64,000 bases of DNA from Octopus sinensis (GCF_006345805.1 NC_043011.1:61144464-61208463); one strand, 5' to 3'; shown: positions 24,407 through 36,975, counted from the stretch's first letter. The notes: generated from the letters alone by a model not told the origin. Translations and numbers: made by a program.

Positions 24407-25394
24407 TATGTGTGTGTGTGTGCCGATGTATGTTTATGCGTGTGTATGTCTGTAATAGGACATATGTATGTTGAAGTGGATAAGCATATATGAGTATATA
24501 ATTTAAGGTTATAAGTGTATTTATGAGTGTGTCTATATGATTGTGTGTACTTGCGTATATGTATATGGTTCTATGTGCACAGTTGCACCTAAACGTTGCA
24601 TCCATTCACCGTTAGACGATGATGAGAGGAACAAACACACACCCACATATATATATATGTGTGTGCATCTATACAAACATACATGTGTGTACATATACAA
24701 CCTTCAACAAAGTAACAGTCATGTACACAACTTGGACGGACACATACCAGTACACGGACATAGGTTCACATGCACATACACATGTACACACACACACAGA
24801 CGCGTCTACCCGTTCACCTAGATACTCACATACATACGTAGCACTTAAGTACAAACATACATACATACCTGCGTATGGGCATATACACGTACATACGCGC
24901 GTACATGTACACACACACATACATAGGCACATGCATACGTGCGCATATACATACATACGCACATGCGTACGTACGTGCATACACACATACATACATACAC
25001 ACATACATACGTATATATATAGAACCTGAACTAACTAGATGTAAGGGAGAAAAAAAAGAGATAAGTAATAGTAAAGCAAAAGGTTTGTGATATAGAGATA
25101 AGTGACTGATAATAGGTCTTAGAGTTTTGTTTTGGGGGTGAGGGTCGTAAGTCACTTCCTAGTTTTGGCGGGGGGTGGGGAGGTTGAAATTTGATATTGT
25201 TGAGATGAGTGGTCAGTCTACATATATCCATCACTACAGGTTTATAGCTTTAAGTTTATAGTGTGTGTGTGCGTGCATATACACACATACATACATACAT
25301 ACATACACGCATACATACACACAGGCGTACGTACGTACATACATACATGCATGCATACATGTGTGCATACATACATACACACATACATACATAT

Positions 25395-25721
25395 AAAAAA
25401 GACTCCGCCGGTTACGACGACGAGGGTCCCAGCTGATACGATCATCGGAACAGCTTGCTCGTGAAATTAACGTGCAAATGGCTGAGCATTCCACAGACAC
25501 GTGTACCCTTAACGTAGTTCTCGGGGATAATCAGCGGCACACAGAGAGTGACAAGGCTGACCCTTTGAAATACAAGTACAACTCATTTTTGCCAGCTGAG
25601 TGGAATGGAGCAACGTGAAATAAAGTGTCTTGCTCAAGGACACAACGCGTCGCCGGGAATCGAACTCACAACCTTACGATCATGAGCCGAATGCCCTAAC
25701 CACTAAGCCACGCGCCCTCAC
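25395..25721 (-). mobile_element. tRNA-derived CORE-like SINE family C
   Basis: Minus strand gtgagggcgcgtggcttagtggttagggc...gagttcgattcc...gtgtccttgagcaagacactttatttc. Highly similar to 26502-26824. Confidence 0.9.
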
Positions 25722-25773
25722 GTACATATATATAACGAACTAACTGTTACTTTCTCAGATGCAGCACGGAGTG

Positions 25774-25822
25774 TTGTCAGTGAACAGGTCGCGGTCTTAA
25801 AGCGACGAAAATATTTTGACAA
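25774..25822 (+). ncRNA. Hammerhead motif with G3-C8 core variant, inside a short repeat (about 25735-25965)
   Basis: TTGTCA-GTGAACA-G-GTCGC(ggtcttaaa)GCGAC-GAAA-ATAT-TT-TGACAA: perfect 6-bp stem I and 5-bp stem II. Confidence 0.7.
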
Positions 25823-26177
25823 ATTAAACTTAAATGTTGAAGTGAATCGAACGGCTTTTGTGTGTTTCTTAAATGGCTTACAAACACCTTCCACGCTGCA
25901 ATTGTTTTCGTTTCAGCACCCGATCTCAGATCAAATCACTTGCTATGCAGGTACATCTCCGTAATATATATATATAAACCTATGCGCTAAACCACTTGGT
26001 GTTAAATTGATGTTATTATTAATTAATATCCATTTTTTTCACCCTTATTTTTGATATATATATATATATATATATATATCTATATATATATATATAAAAT
26101 AAATATTAGGGAATAAATCCAAATTTACAGGGAAAAAAATCAGATTTAGGATTAAATCCAATTTTATAGTAAAATAT

Positions 26178-26376
26178 TATATAATATTAATTAGAGACAA
26201 AACCACTATTTTGCAAAACAAACAAGGAAAGACTTAATCAATACCTAAAATTTTATAAAAAGTAAAAAATAAAAAGTAAAAAAGTAAAAAATAAAAAATA
26301 AAACTTTTTATTAAAATTTTATGTATTGATTAAGTCTTTCCTTGTTTGTTTTGCAAAATAGTGGTTTTGTCTCTAA

Positions 26377-26389
<13 letters not shown>
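26178..26389. repeat. Fold-back inverted repeat (~85-bp arms) of the segment downstream of the HHR at 2242
   Basis: aattagagacaaaaccactattttgcaaaacaaacaaggaaagacttaatcaata and its reverse complement, separated by an A-rich spacer. The right arm matches 2295-2385. Confidence 0.9.
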
Positions 26390-26440
<51 letters not shown>

Positions 26441-26501
26441 TCTATAATATATATATATATATAATATATGTTATATATAATATATATGTTATATATATAT
26501 G

Positions 26502-26824
26502 GTGAGGGCGCGTGGCTTAGTGGTTAGGGCATTCGGCTCATGATCGTATGGTTGTGAGTTCGATTCCGGCGACGCGTTGTGTCCTTGAGCAAGACACTTT
26601 ATTTCACGTTGCTCCAGTCCACTCACTGGCAAAAATGAGTTGTACTTGTATTTCAAAGGGTCAGCCTTGGTCACTCTGTGTCACGCTGATTATCCCCGAA
26701 ACTACGTTGTTACAGGGTCCGTTCTGTGATGCTCAGCCATTTGCACGTTAATTTCACGAGCAAGCTGTTCGTTGATCGTATCAGCTGGACCCTCGTCGTC
26801 GTAACCGGCGGAGTCTTTTAAAAA
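26502..26824 (+). mobile_element. tRNA-derived CORE-like SINE family C
   Basis: A and B boxes, CORE-like gtgtccttgagcaagacac. Flanked by TA-rich repeats. Confidence 0.9.
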
Positions 26825-27479
26825 ATATATATATGTATGTATGTATATAATATATATATATATATGATCAGAAAGGAAATATAGGAAAATATGCATAAAG
26901 TGAACAAAAACCAAACGAAAGAAAGAAGAAAGAAAAAGAGTGCCAAAATCAAAGAGAAAGAGGAAATATGGCGGAAAGAAGAAAAATAGAATAAAAGAAC
27001 AATCGGAGGAATATGAATGGAAAAAAGATAATATGAATGAAGAAGCGAAACTTATGGGATTAGGATGAAAGGTTGCATATAAGGAAGAGGAGGGGAAATA
27101 TAGCGAGGGAGAAGAAGATATGATCGAGATATTCGAGTTAGTAATATATTAGTATTAAGTGGAAAGATTTCTTATTTAGTTGAAGGAATACTTATTGGGG
27201 CTGTTTTAGTGCTTCGCTCAAAAGAAGGGGTTTTTGACAGCTACCAATTCTCACCGGAGAATGTAGCTTAAATCTGTAAAACTGACAAGTTTTTTTTTTG
27301 CTTTTTTCCCTTCTTTGTTAATGTTTCTATTCTAAAGCCTGAGAGTTAGGTTTAATAGGTTTCTTCACTGGTTGGTCTTGCTGGCTGTTGTTGTTGTTAA
27401 GCATCAGGGACAATCCTGATTTTTCAGATGAGATGGTCAGCGGTATTTCAGCCATAATCGTTCTGCCATGTGTTGTTTT

Positions 27480-27690
27480 ATTCTTTGACTAGTTTCGGAC
27501 ATTAGACTGTGGCCAAGCCGGAGCCAAATCAACCTCGGTACATAGTTATATGCCTTGGTACTTATCCTATCGGTCTCTTATACAGAACCACATCAGAACG
27601 GGGACGTAAACCAACCAATAATAGTTGTGAAGCGCAGTGAGAGGGCGATATAAGCACAAAGATACACACACATATGTATGCCAGGCTACC
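27480..27690 (-). mobile_element. SINE family B, 3' half
   Basis: Reverse complement of the body (tttacgtccccg...gagaccgatag) and the decayed tail. Confidence 0.6.
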
Positions 27691-27734
27691 ATGCTCGTAT
27701 ATGCGTGTGCGGGAGTGTGTGCTTGTATATATAT

Positions 27735-27770
<36 letters not shown>

Positions 27771-27922
27771 AGCTGTAGTGGAGAACAGTTCACACGTTGT
27801 GCTGAGGCTGACCAAAAGATTTTATTTTTAGATATATCTGGGGTACTTATATGTACTCATGATTTTTGCTTCGGCTTTTTTCCATGGGCGCATGTAAGTA
27901 TTTCATTTATTTCTATTCGTAT

Positions 27923-27985
27923 TTTCTACTGAAGAGGAAAGAAATCTATTATGAGATTAATTTCGAAATTGATTCAATATAGAAA
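27923..27985 (+). ncRNA. Well-formed type I hammerhead ribozyme motif
   Basis: TTTCTA-CTGAAGA-G-GAAA..AATCT(attatg)AGATT..TTTC-GAAA-TTG(att)CAA-TA-TAGAAA: 6-bp stem I, intact core, extended stem II, 3-bp stem III plus the A15.1-U16.1 pair, AUA triplet. Confidence 0.75.
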
Positions 27986-28343
27986 TAACGAACTTTAAAA
28001 AAAAATTCTATCGGCCAGCTTCCCTCGATTTCAGCTCTTCGTGTTTTTCTGTTGCGAGTAAATAATGTGGAAATTGACGATTTCAAAGTCTGTTATCAGC
28101 ATATTGGCATAGAAATAATTTTCTTTAGCCCTTATTTATAAGTTGTTTATAATTTTAACCTCAAAGGTATTTTAATATGCTGCCACATTTTTCGATGGAA
28201 TTCTTTTCTGTAAAAACTTCATCCTACCTTAGTAGTATATATATATATAATATATATAATATATATATATTATATAAATATAGATATATATATATATATA
28301 TAATAATATATTTAATATATATATATATTATATTATAATATAC

Positions 28344-28473
<130 letters not shown>

Positions 28474-28676
28474 GTATATATATTATCGATCGCACATAAT
28501 CTATGTTTTCTGTGTTCACTGGATTCGCTGCGATATAGCGCTTGGGGGCGACGCCTGTTAACGCTGGTTTTCAAAATATCTGAAACTCATAGACAGGCGA
28601 GGTACCTGGCATTGGATCGATTTCAGAAGTGATTGGGACCGGTGTTTCTCTACTAACTTGGTTTCCATAGATGTAT

Positions 28677-28832
28677 ATACTGGGTAAATTACTCCCACAA
28701 AGCGGGTGAATTGGTCAGAGGGGTCGTTTAACTTAATAGTAAAGCGTACAGCCGGAATCTTTGAAAGATATGGGTTCGAGTCACCTGGCTCGACAAGACT
28801 TTACCACTTTCTAAGTGTTATTTACCCAGTAT
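28677..28832 (+). other. tRNA-like segment enclosed by a 13-bp perfect inverted repeat
   Basis: atactgggtaaat (28677-28689) / atttacccagtat (28820-28832). The interior gtcg...taacttaatagtaaagcg...gggttcgagtc...cgac has a decayed A box and a clear B box. Confidence 0.5.
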
Positions 28833-29715
28833 TTCTTCTGTTCTAACAGCCATTCTGTGTTCGATAAAAATATCATCTAATTTGTATCGCTCTATACATA
28901 TTCCGACGCTTATAAAAGAACAAAACACAGATGTTAGTTTGTTTTTATTTTTACACGTGTATATTATATATATATATATATATATACGTACACCCAAACA
29001 CGCACGCACAGACACACATATACGACTGCTTCCGCACAGTTTCTGTCTATATCACGCACTGGGAATGAATCCAAAATCACACTGCCAAGTGTGTGTCTGC
29101 TAAGTTAAAATAAGAAAAGAATAAAGAGCTAATTAGAGAACAGTATTGAGCCGTGATGCTTGTCTTTCTTATAGTTATTTTGCTGACTTTCAACTATTGA
29201 CTTGATAATATGCTCCTGCTACGGTCGATAGAATCAACTATACGTTAAAAAACAAGTGACCTATGGGTCACAAACACACAGAGCATAGTTGATTATGTAT
29301 CGACTCCAAAACTGTATAATTCAATAGTGAATATTTCATCAACTTCGGAGAAGAATGAAATAACAAAAGACAAAACGAAATGTGGACTTTAAGACGATGA
29401 ACTTAGAAAGCAAATGACGCAGGCAAAGCTGAGTTGTTACGAAACATTCTTGGCAACCATTTGGCTCCAATTTCAGTTCCACAACGTGGCAACTTGGACA
29501 AGTGTCTTGTTATGATGTCCTAGAGCCCCAGGGCAACCAATGCCTTATGTGTAAATTTGGCAGTGAGAATCCCTTTGTTTTCTAATCCAGGGAGGAGTGT
29601 GTTATTTCTTTAACTGTTCTTTGATAACAAATGCGAAAAGAACATTGGGATAAAGGAAGATAAACTCAGTCACATTTAGAGATTTAGAAATTTCCGCTCT
29701 ACACTGATATAGCTG

Positions 29716-29900
29716 TTGTGTATGTATGTATGTATGTATGTATGTATGTATGTATGTATGTATGTATGTATGTATGGATGTGTATGTGTGTGTGTATGCA
29801 TGTATGTATGTATGTATGTATGTATGCATGTATGTGTGTGTGTGTGTGTGGTGTGTGTGTGTGTGTGTGTGTATCTATGTATCTATGTATGCATGTATGT
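29716..29900. repeat. (TATG)n/(TG)n microsatellite
   Basis: Direct inspection. Confidence 0.95.
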
Positions 29901-30400
29901 CCCTTCTATCAAGTAATTATTATAAATCTTCCACTGAGGAGGCAACCGGTTTCCAACAAAGATATAAGGCTCCATCTTTGGGATGTAAATACAGACAAAT
30001 TCACGTTTGGAAGTTGAGAAAAGTCTTGCATATTTTTACTATTCCACTCTCAGGTTGGACATGTAATGTACGGATCAGACGGTCAATTTTCTCTTTCTGA
30101 AAATCCCAGTTTATCCAGATTCTTCTTCAAGCATTTACTAACAGAACCCAGTGGTCCAATTATTATTGGCATGAATATGAATTCATAGTCTGGATAAAGA
30201 AGCTGGGGTGTCGAAGCAGTTGTCCATAGATATCCTGTTTTCCTTTGATTTTCAATGCGATATTTATATCTGCAGGGCAGCTAACCTCTATGATGGTACA
30301 TATCTTTGCTCCTCTGAGCCAAACAACAATACTCGACCTGTTATGCTTACATTTCACAGAAGTTTTGATGGGAATATTACACCAGTATTTCTTCAGTAGG
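29901..30400 (-). mobile_element. 5'-truncated RLE-type non-LTR retrotransposon (R4/Dong-related) in (TACA)n
   Basis: YWCNIPIKTSVKCKHNRSSIVVW...CTIIEVSCPADINIALKIKGKQDIYGQL...YPDYEFIFMPIIIGPLG...GIVKICKTFLNFQT*: restriction-like endonuclease domain (NRPD decayed to NRSS). Stop at 30003-30001, ~100-nt 3' UTR, (TATG)n on both flanks. Confidence 0.85.
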
Positions 30401-30517
30401 CATGTATGTATGTATGTATGTATGTATGTATGTATGTATGTATGTAGGCATACGTTTGTATGTACGTACGTATATATGGATCCATCCTTACATGTATATA
30501 TATATTTATGCATGCAT

Positions 30518-30653
<136 letters not shown>

Positions 30654-31125
30654 GTATACATACATACATGCATACATACATGCATACATACATATATAAA
30701 TATATATATATATGTGTGTGTGTGTGTGGGTGTATGTGCTTATAGGGGTACTCTATACTGTTTTCTTCTTCCATTCTTCTCTAATCCACTTTTTCTCCCC
30801 TCTCGCTTTCACTATTTTCTATCTGTCTCTCTCTCCCCATCTTTCTCTGTTTTTTTCTCTCTCTCTCCCTCTCGTTGCTCACACGTAACCATCGTCTATC
30901 TTTCCTTTCCTCACGTGACCATCCTTCTTTTCTTGCATGGATGATTAAGGGATGAGCGTTTTTTCCCTCTCGTCTATCTTTTCTCTTTTCAAAGAGAATA
31001 TTTCTCCCAGCGATCAATCTTTTCTTTTCGTTCGGTTTCCTTGTGTGTCTCCACTGTTCTTTTTTTTGTTCCAAACTTTAACCGTCCATATAGCTTAAAT
31101 TTTATTTTAGAATTTATAGGAGCAA

Positions 31126-31178
31126 CTATCTTTGAAGACTCATATTGTCGTTGAATGCTCGAAATGAAGAGTAGATAG
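31126..31178 (+). ncRNA. Strongly degenerate hammerhead-like motif
   Basis: CTATC-tttgaaga...atgctc-GAAA-tgaaga-GTA-GATAG. Stem I CTATC/GATAG is intact; core and stem II are decayed. Confidence 0.35.
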
Positions 31179-31354
31179 ACAGCTGACAACTGATCAAGGG
31201 TAGTTTCTCTGTGTTTACTTGTCTTCTTTTCCATATTTTCTCGTTGTTTACGTTTTTAACTCGTTTGTCTACGTATAACATGTTGTTTACACAGTTAGTG
31301 ACATCCTGTACACATACACACAACACACACACACACACATGCACACACACACAT

Positions 31355-31392
<38 letters not shown>

Positions 31393-31679
31393 TTGATATG
31401 GGTGTTCACATACATACGCATATATAAATACGTACACATAGATATGTATATATAAAAATATGCTTATGTGTTTATGTGTGCGTCTGTGAGTGTAACTGAG
31501 TGTGTGCGTGTGTGTATGTGTGTATGTATTTATAAACTATTTCTTTCTATGTGAGGTTTAGCACAGAGACGATTCAATAATAATCTGAAGGATTATTCGA
31601 TATTTTAATAGAATATATATTTATCAATTATCATAGTTTCAAACATTTTCCCATTAAAATGTAACACACGCACGCACAC

Positions 31680-31711
<32 letters not shown>

Positions 31712-32900
31712 CACACACACACACACGTGTGCGTGAGTGTGTATTGATTATTGTGTTTCTGTCTGTGTTTAAATACTCATTATGAGTTTTCCAAATGTTG
31801 CAGTCAAACAAATACTAATAACGAATTGGTCAAAACGAGACTATGGTAGAGGGAACTTTTCCCAGTTTTACACGTTATGCAATCGTACCTAGAACAACGT
31901 TTGCTTGAATCAAACATGTTAACCGCATTTCTGCATCGAAGTTAGCTTTTTGTTGAGTTGGCATTACTAGTTAAAATGCCTAAACTCCTTTTCCAACTTT
32001 CTCTATCAATATGCATTCGTCTGTATCGATATTCCCTACGACTCGGTTATAACTCTATACATCAATGTTATCTTTTACGAATTTGAAGCATTTGTATTAA
32101 TCTTTTTCATTTGCGTCGCTATTACCTTCTTTTCCTTTTGTTCCCCCTCTGCTACTTGTTTGATATCATTGAATAGATTTTGATGCAATGTGCACCAGGG
32201 TAGTATTTTTAATACCAGACATATACATATTGTCATCTCCCGAAATAGCAGCAGTCAGCCACACCAGTGATATATGGCAAACTTGAGATAGCCAGGCTAT
32301 TATTAACCGTAATTTCCACCCAACCATACAACATATATTATTAACCCTCTGCTAAAGAGATATAAAGCTGTCATTTCAACCATTAGTTTCGTTTTGTGTT
32401 GAAACGCAGATGTCAAGAATAACAGATAGCAAAACGAAATCTATTGGAAAAAAACAGAATATTTTTTAATGATTTCGAAATTAATTCCATGAAGACATTT
32501 CTCATTGTTTGTAGAATTGTCTTTCTTTTTGGTGAGTAACATTTAATTAGAGTTTTTATTCGTAAATTTATGTTTTTAGCTGGGAGATGATAATGGCAGA
32601 CGAGAGAAATTTCTAAGGGTTGTGACGTCAATGGTTTGATGTTGACAGAATGCAAAGTTTTATGCGGTGAGACCGCACATAACCGGATCTGCTGTTATCA
32701 GATTAGCAACAATTTGTGTAAGAAGTTTGAATATCATTTCTTATATCTACGACGACATCGTAAAATGTATGCTTCTCTATTATTAGAAAGGTCAAATGAC
32801 ATGTAGGGGATTAAGCTTCAGTTTTTAGAATGCAGGGTCAAACACGTACACAATCCCTCATTACTATTCATTCAGTTTTTATTCAGTTTATAATTTTCTA

Positions 32901-33383
32901 ACATAATGTGGCAGTTGAATGTTACTGTTTTTTAAGGCCCAGGAAACATCGTCTCCTGCTGGCTTTACGAATATTGAGTCCTTATATTTTCGAACAAGGG
33001 ATACTAAATATAGTATCCCCACTCAGCACAAAAAGTATCTGTGTATCGCGATTTCTGGGTTATTTCCCTCCATCGACACAGAATGACTGTTCGGCAAGAG
33101 GTGACGCTGCTAAATTCATGTTCGAAATATATAGTTTTCAAAATGACACACAGTCACTGATCTAATAAAATAAAAACATTCTATTTGTAAATCTTTCAAC
33201 GAGAGACATTCGGTTACAGTAATCTAGGGTAAAGATCATTTGGCAACACAACGTGACAGTCGAATTTTACTGTCACTTAGCCCCAGGAAACATCATCTCC
33301 AGCTGTCTATACGACACACTCTCTGTACCCTTATATTTTCGAACAAGGGAATTGAGCATCCCCACTAAACACAAAACAACATC
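32901..33383 (+). repeat. Two diverged ~140-bp direct repeats of an unclassified element
   Basis: 32901-33040 and 33247-33383 share cccaggaaacatc, ccttatattttcgaacaaggg and atccccact. Confidence 0.7.
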
Positions 33384-33398
33384 CTCCTCCTCTTCATT

Positions 33399-33481
<83 letters not shown>

Positions 33482-33485
<4 letters not shown>

Positions 33486-34044
33486 TAGTTTTATTTTTAT
33501 AGCGTGCTTTCATTTCACTGTCGAGCGCAGCTCTGTGTGCCTTGGGTATGTGCTGTGATTTGTTGTGATGCTCTTATGGTTACTGTATTGAAAGTGTTTT
33601 GCGAAGGATGTGTGCAGTGTCTAGTAGTGCAATTTTCCGTATGTTATATATATTTATAAGTCCTGGTGTTTTTTGTTATGTATTTGTCTGAATATTTTGT
33701 ATCATATCTTTTGCGCCTACTATGATAGGAATTGTTTCTGTTTTTAGATTCCACATTTTGGTTACCTCTATTTCCAGGTCTTTGTATTCTGAAAGTTTCT
33801 CTTTTCTTTTAGAGAAACATTGTCATCTGCTGGTATTGATACATCAATTAGAAAGCATTTTTTTCTTCTTGATCTCTGACAACTATAATCTGGCCTTTTG
33901 GGCTTAATTTCTCTATCTGTGTGTATCGGCATATCCCAGAGTATGGTTGCTTTCTCGTTTTCTATGACTTTTTCAGGCCTGTGCGTATACCATCTTTTTC
34001 CTATTGTTATTCCATAGTGATGGCATAGCTTCCTGTATATGTAG

Positions 34045-34045
<1 letters not shown>
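33482..34045 (-). mobile_element. 5'-truncated Dong/R4-clade non-LTR retrotransposon in (TAA)n
   Basis: KLCHHYGI...WYTHRPEKVIENEKATILWDMPIHTDREIKPKRPD...CFLIDVSIPADDNVS...YKDLEIEVTKMWNLKTETIPIIVGA...IALLDTAHILRKTLSIQ*, with frameshifts. Stop at 33582-33580. (TTA)n on both sides. Confidence 0.92.
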
Positions 34046-34132
<87 letters not shown>

Positions 34133-34319
34133 CTTCATCCTTGCTGTTATTGCTCTTGTTGTAATTGTCCCGGAGAAAATGTTTTGTAACATTTGTTCCG
34201 GTTTTTAACCTCTGAGTTCATATGCTACCGATGTCAAATTTGCCTTTCATTTTCTTAGGATCGATGAGATATAAATACCGGTTCGATGTAATCATCTTCC
34301 TTCATCCCTCAAAATGATG

Positions 34320-34371
34320 ATGTTGTTGATCAGACAAAATCATCATCACCATCATCATCATCATCATCATG

Positions 34372-34405
<34 letters not shown>

Positions 34406-34520
34406 CCATCACCACCACCACCACCACCACCACCACAACCACCATCATCATCATCATGATCATGATCATCAGCATCATCATCATCATCATCACCTCTATG
34501 ATCATGATGATGATGATCGT
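34320..34520. repeat. (CAT/CAC)n trinucleotide array
   Basis: Direct inspection. Confidence 0.95.
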
Positions 34521-35679
34521 CATTATTTACTATTGACTTTTTGATGAATGTCACGTGCTTCTATGAATAGATTCCTAGACCAAGGCCGTCGACAAGGAGA
34601 AGACTAAGAAGAAATCCCACGCAAACAAATGATTGACTAAATAAATAAATAAATAAACAAATAAATAAATAATGATAAAAATGTCTCTCAGAAAGAACAT
34701 CTGTACCTTGTTATCGAATCTCGTGGAACAAAACAGAAAGGCGCGTGTTTCTATATTTGTCTTTAAGATTGAAAAGTATTGCCTATCGAATGACATTTCA
34801 GAAGGTGCGGAATCGCTAAAATTGCACGTAAATCAATGCCGAAACTTCAAATGATGAAAGTCTCCCCGAGAATAGTGTCCACTTGTCATTAATAATGAGA
34901 TTAGCGGAGCAATTCTGGTCGCTTTCATAGAAATTCCGACAAGTATTTGATTTAGTATCATATTTCTAGGTTCTGAATGTCACTATCTCTGAGTGTTTCC
35001 AAGCAGAATTATATTCGGAATGTATCCGATCCGTTCATTGGTTATTATCGAAGTAGAATCATCTTTCTCTTCATCATCATCCCTTTTGTGGAATGATACG
35101 GATAACATCTATGTTGTATCTTTGTTTCCTTCCATCTCTCTCTCTCTCTCTCTTCCCCACTCCGTCCCCCTCTATCTATCATTCTCTTTATTGTTTTCGT
35201 CTCTTTCTTCGGTTACTTGAAAGTTGCACCGTACTTAAATGTCGAGTTGCAAACGAGTTGATGACGGAAATATATCTTTGAATTATTATGGCTGCTTAAT
35301 GGTTCTAAGGTAGAAAGTTTCATATTTGAAGTGACTGTTGTTTAGTTGCTGTCGTGTTGGTGATGGAAAATATTTCAGAATTTTTGTTTGTGGTTATTGC
35401 TGTTAATGTGGTTGTTGTTGTTGGTGGTGGTGGTGGTGAAAGTGTTTAGACTTCCGGTGACTGATGTATCCTTATAGGTATATTGATGATGGACCATCTT
35501 AGAATCCTTAGAGCTGCTGAAGACTGTCAGTCGTTATATTTCCGCTTACAGTTTCATATTTGTGAATGTGTTGATGATAGAAGTAACAAACAGTTTTAGA
35601 ATTATTGTTTGTGAGAAAGTGAGGTAAATGGCTTCATTTCCGATAATTGTTAGGGAAAACGATTCGTTAACTATTAAGA

Positions 35680-36460
35680 TTTAGATAAAGACGCTGGATT
35701 GGCATACTTGTTGGATAAAAATAAAGTATTTGCTAACTAATAGGGTCGATTGAATTGAACTAACCCTCCGTTCAGAATCTGCTGGCCTTGTACCTAAATC
35801 AGAAACAACAAAGACTACGCGATTGTAGGTCCATTAGGATATTGAAAAGTTTTTTCTCCGTGTTTTTTTATGTTGTAGGTTCTATGTCCACCGTGGTCAA
35901 TTGGTCTTTATTGCCTCCGGAGTCGATAGGATGAGGTACGATTAACGTACTAAGGACCCAGGGTATCAATTTACCCCCTTCTCTCAAAGATTGCCGGCCT
36001 TGGGCGCAAATGAAAAGCAGTTATTAAGTGTGAAAGAGGGATGGTAGTTTGAAAACATTGCTGGAGCATCAGTTAGATAACTTGCGGTATTTCATCCATC
36101 TCTTTCATTCAGTGTTCAAATCCCACCCAGGTCAACTTTGCTTTTCATAGCTTCGGGTCTATAAAGTATTGCCCTCAATGGTATTGACTTATTCACAAAC
36201 CTGGATAACTGCTTTCCTTCTACCTAAATGAAAAGCAATAACAGGTTGCAAGGTAGTAGAACGGTTAGAGAATCGGAAAAATATCATACGGTATTTTTTC
36301 GGTTCTTTACGCTGTTGGTTCAAACCTCACCATCATCAACCTTCCATTTTGGCATAGATAAAATAATGCAGTCTTCAAATAGAAGGGCCGATGGTATCGA
36401 CTAACCAACTTCTATCAAAACTTTCAGGGCGTTGTACCTAAATCAGAAACCATTAATAAT
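35680..36460 (+). mobile_element. Head-to-tail cluster of about four old SINE family A-related copies
   Basis: Recurrent decayed gttcaaat...gtcaactttg...ggccttgtacctaaatcagaaac with ~210-bp spacing. Confidence 0.6.
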
Positions 36461-36975
36461 CTAAAGAATTTTTAAGATTCATATTCTGAGTCAACAGGAA
36501 AATGGATAACAGACCAATAGTTTGGTGGAATATAAAATATTGTCGCTACGAATTGACCCCAAGTCAGACATGATCGAGCAATCCCATGGTCAACTGTACA
36601 ACAACCGTGACCATTCTACCTATTATTTTTTTTTTACTGGAGAGGGGAAGATCATAGGGTATTTAGTATAATGTTATCTTGTGTGTCCTTCCGTTTTCTT
36701 CCCCATTTGAAGGGTAGTCCGGTGTGATGTGTGATGAGGGTGATTTCATTGATAGTTTTAGCAGGTTCCAGGATTAAGCTGAAATTTTCTTGTTGACACG
36801 AAGAAGTGTCAAATATCTACTGTAGAAGACCGATTAAATTGGATACACACTTCACTGTGCTATTGTTAGAAAAATATCTGACCAGTGAATATAGTACAGG
36901 GTAACCAGTCGCATGGTTAAGTGTTGGTGTTGTATTCACCGGTGCTGTTTGGTTTTTACGTCTAAAACATAAAAC

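Noticed and set aside
19640-26824. True tRNA genes at the A/B-box sites (19640, 20789, 23324, 25721, 26502)
   Set aside because: Acceptor stems are incomplete and each continues into a shared repeat body. They are SINE heads.
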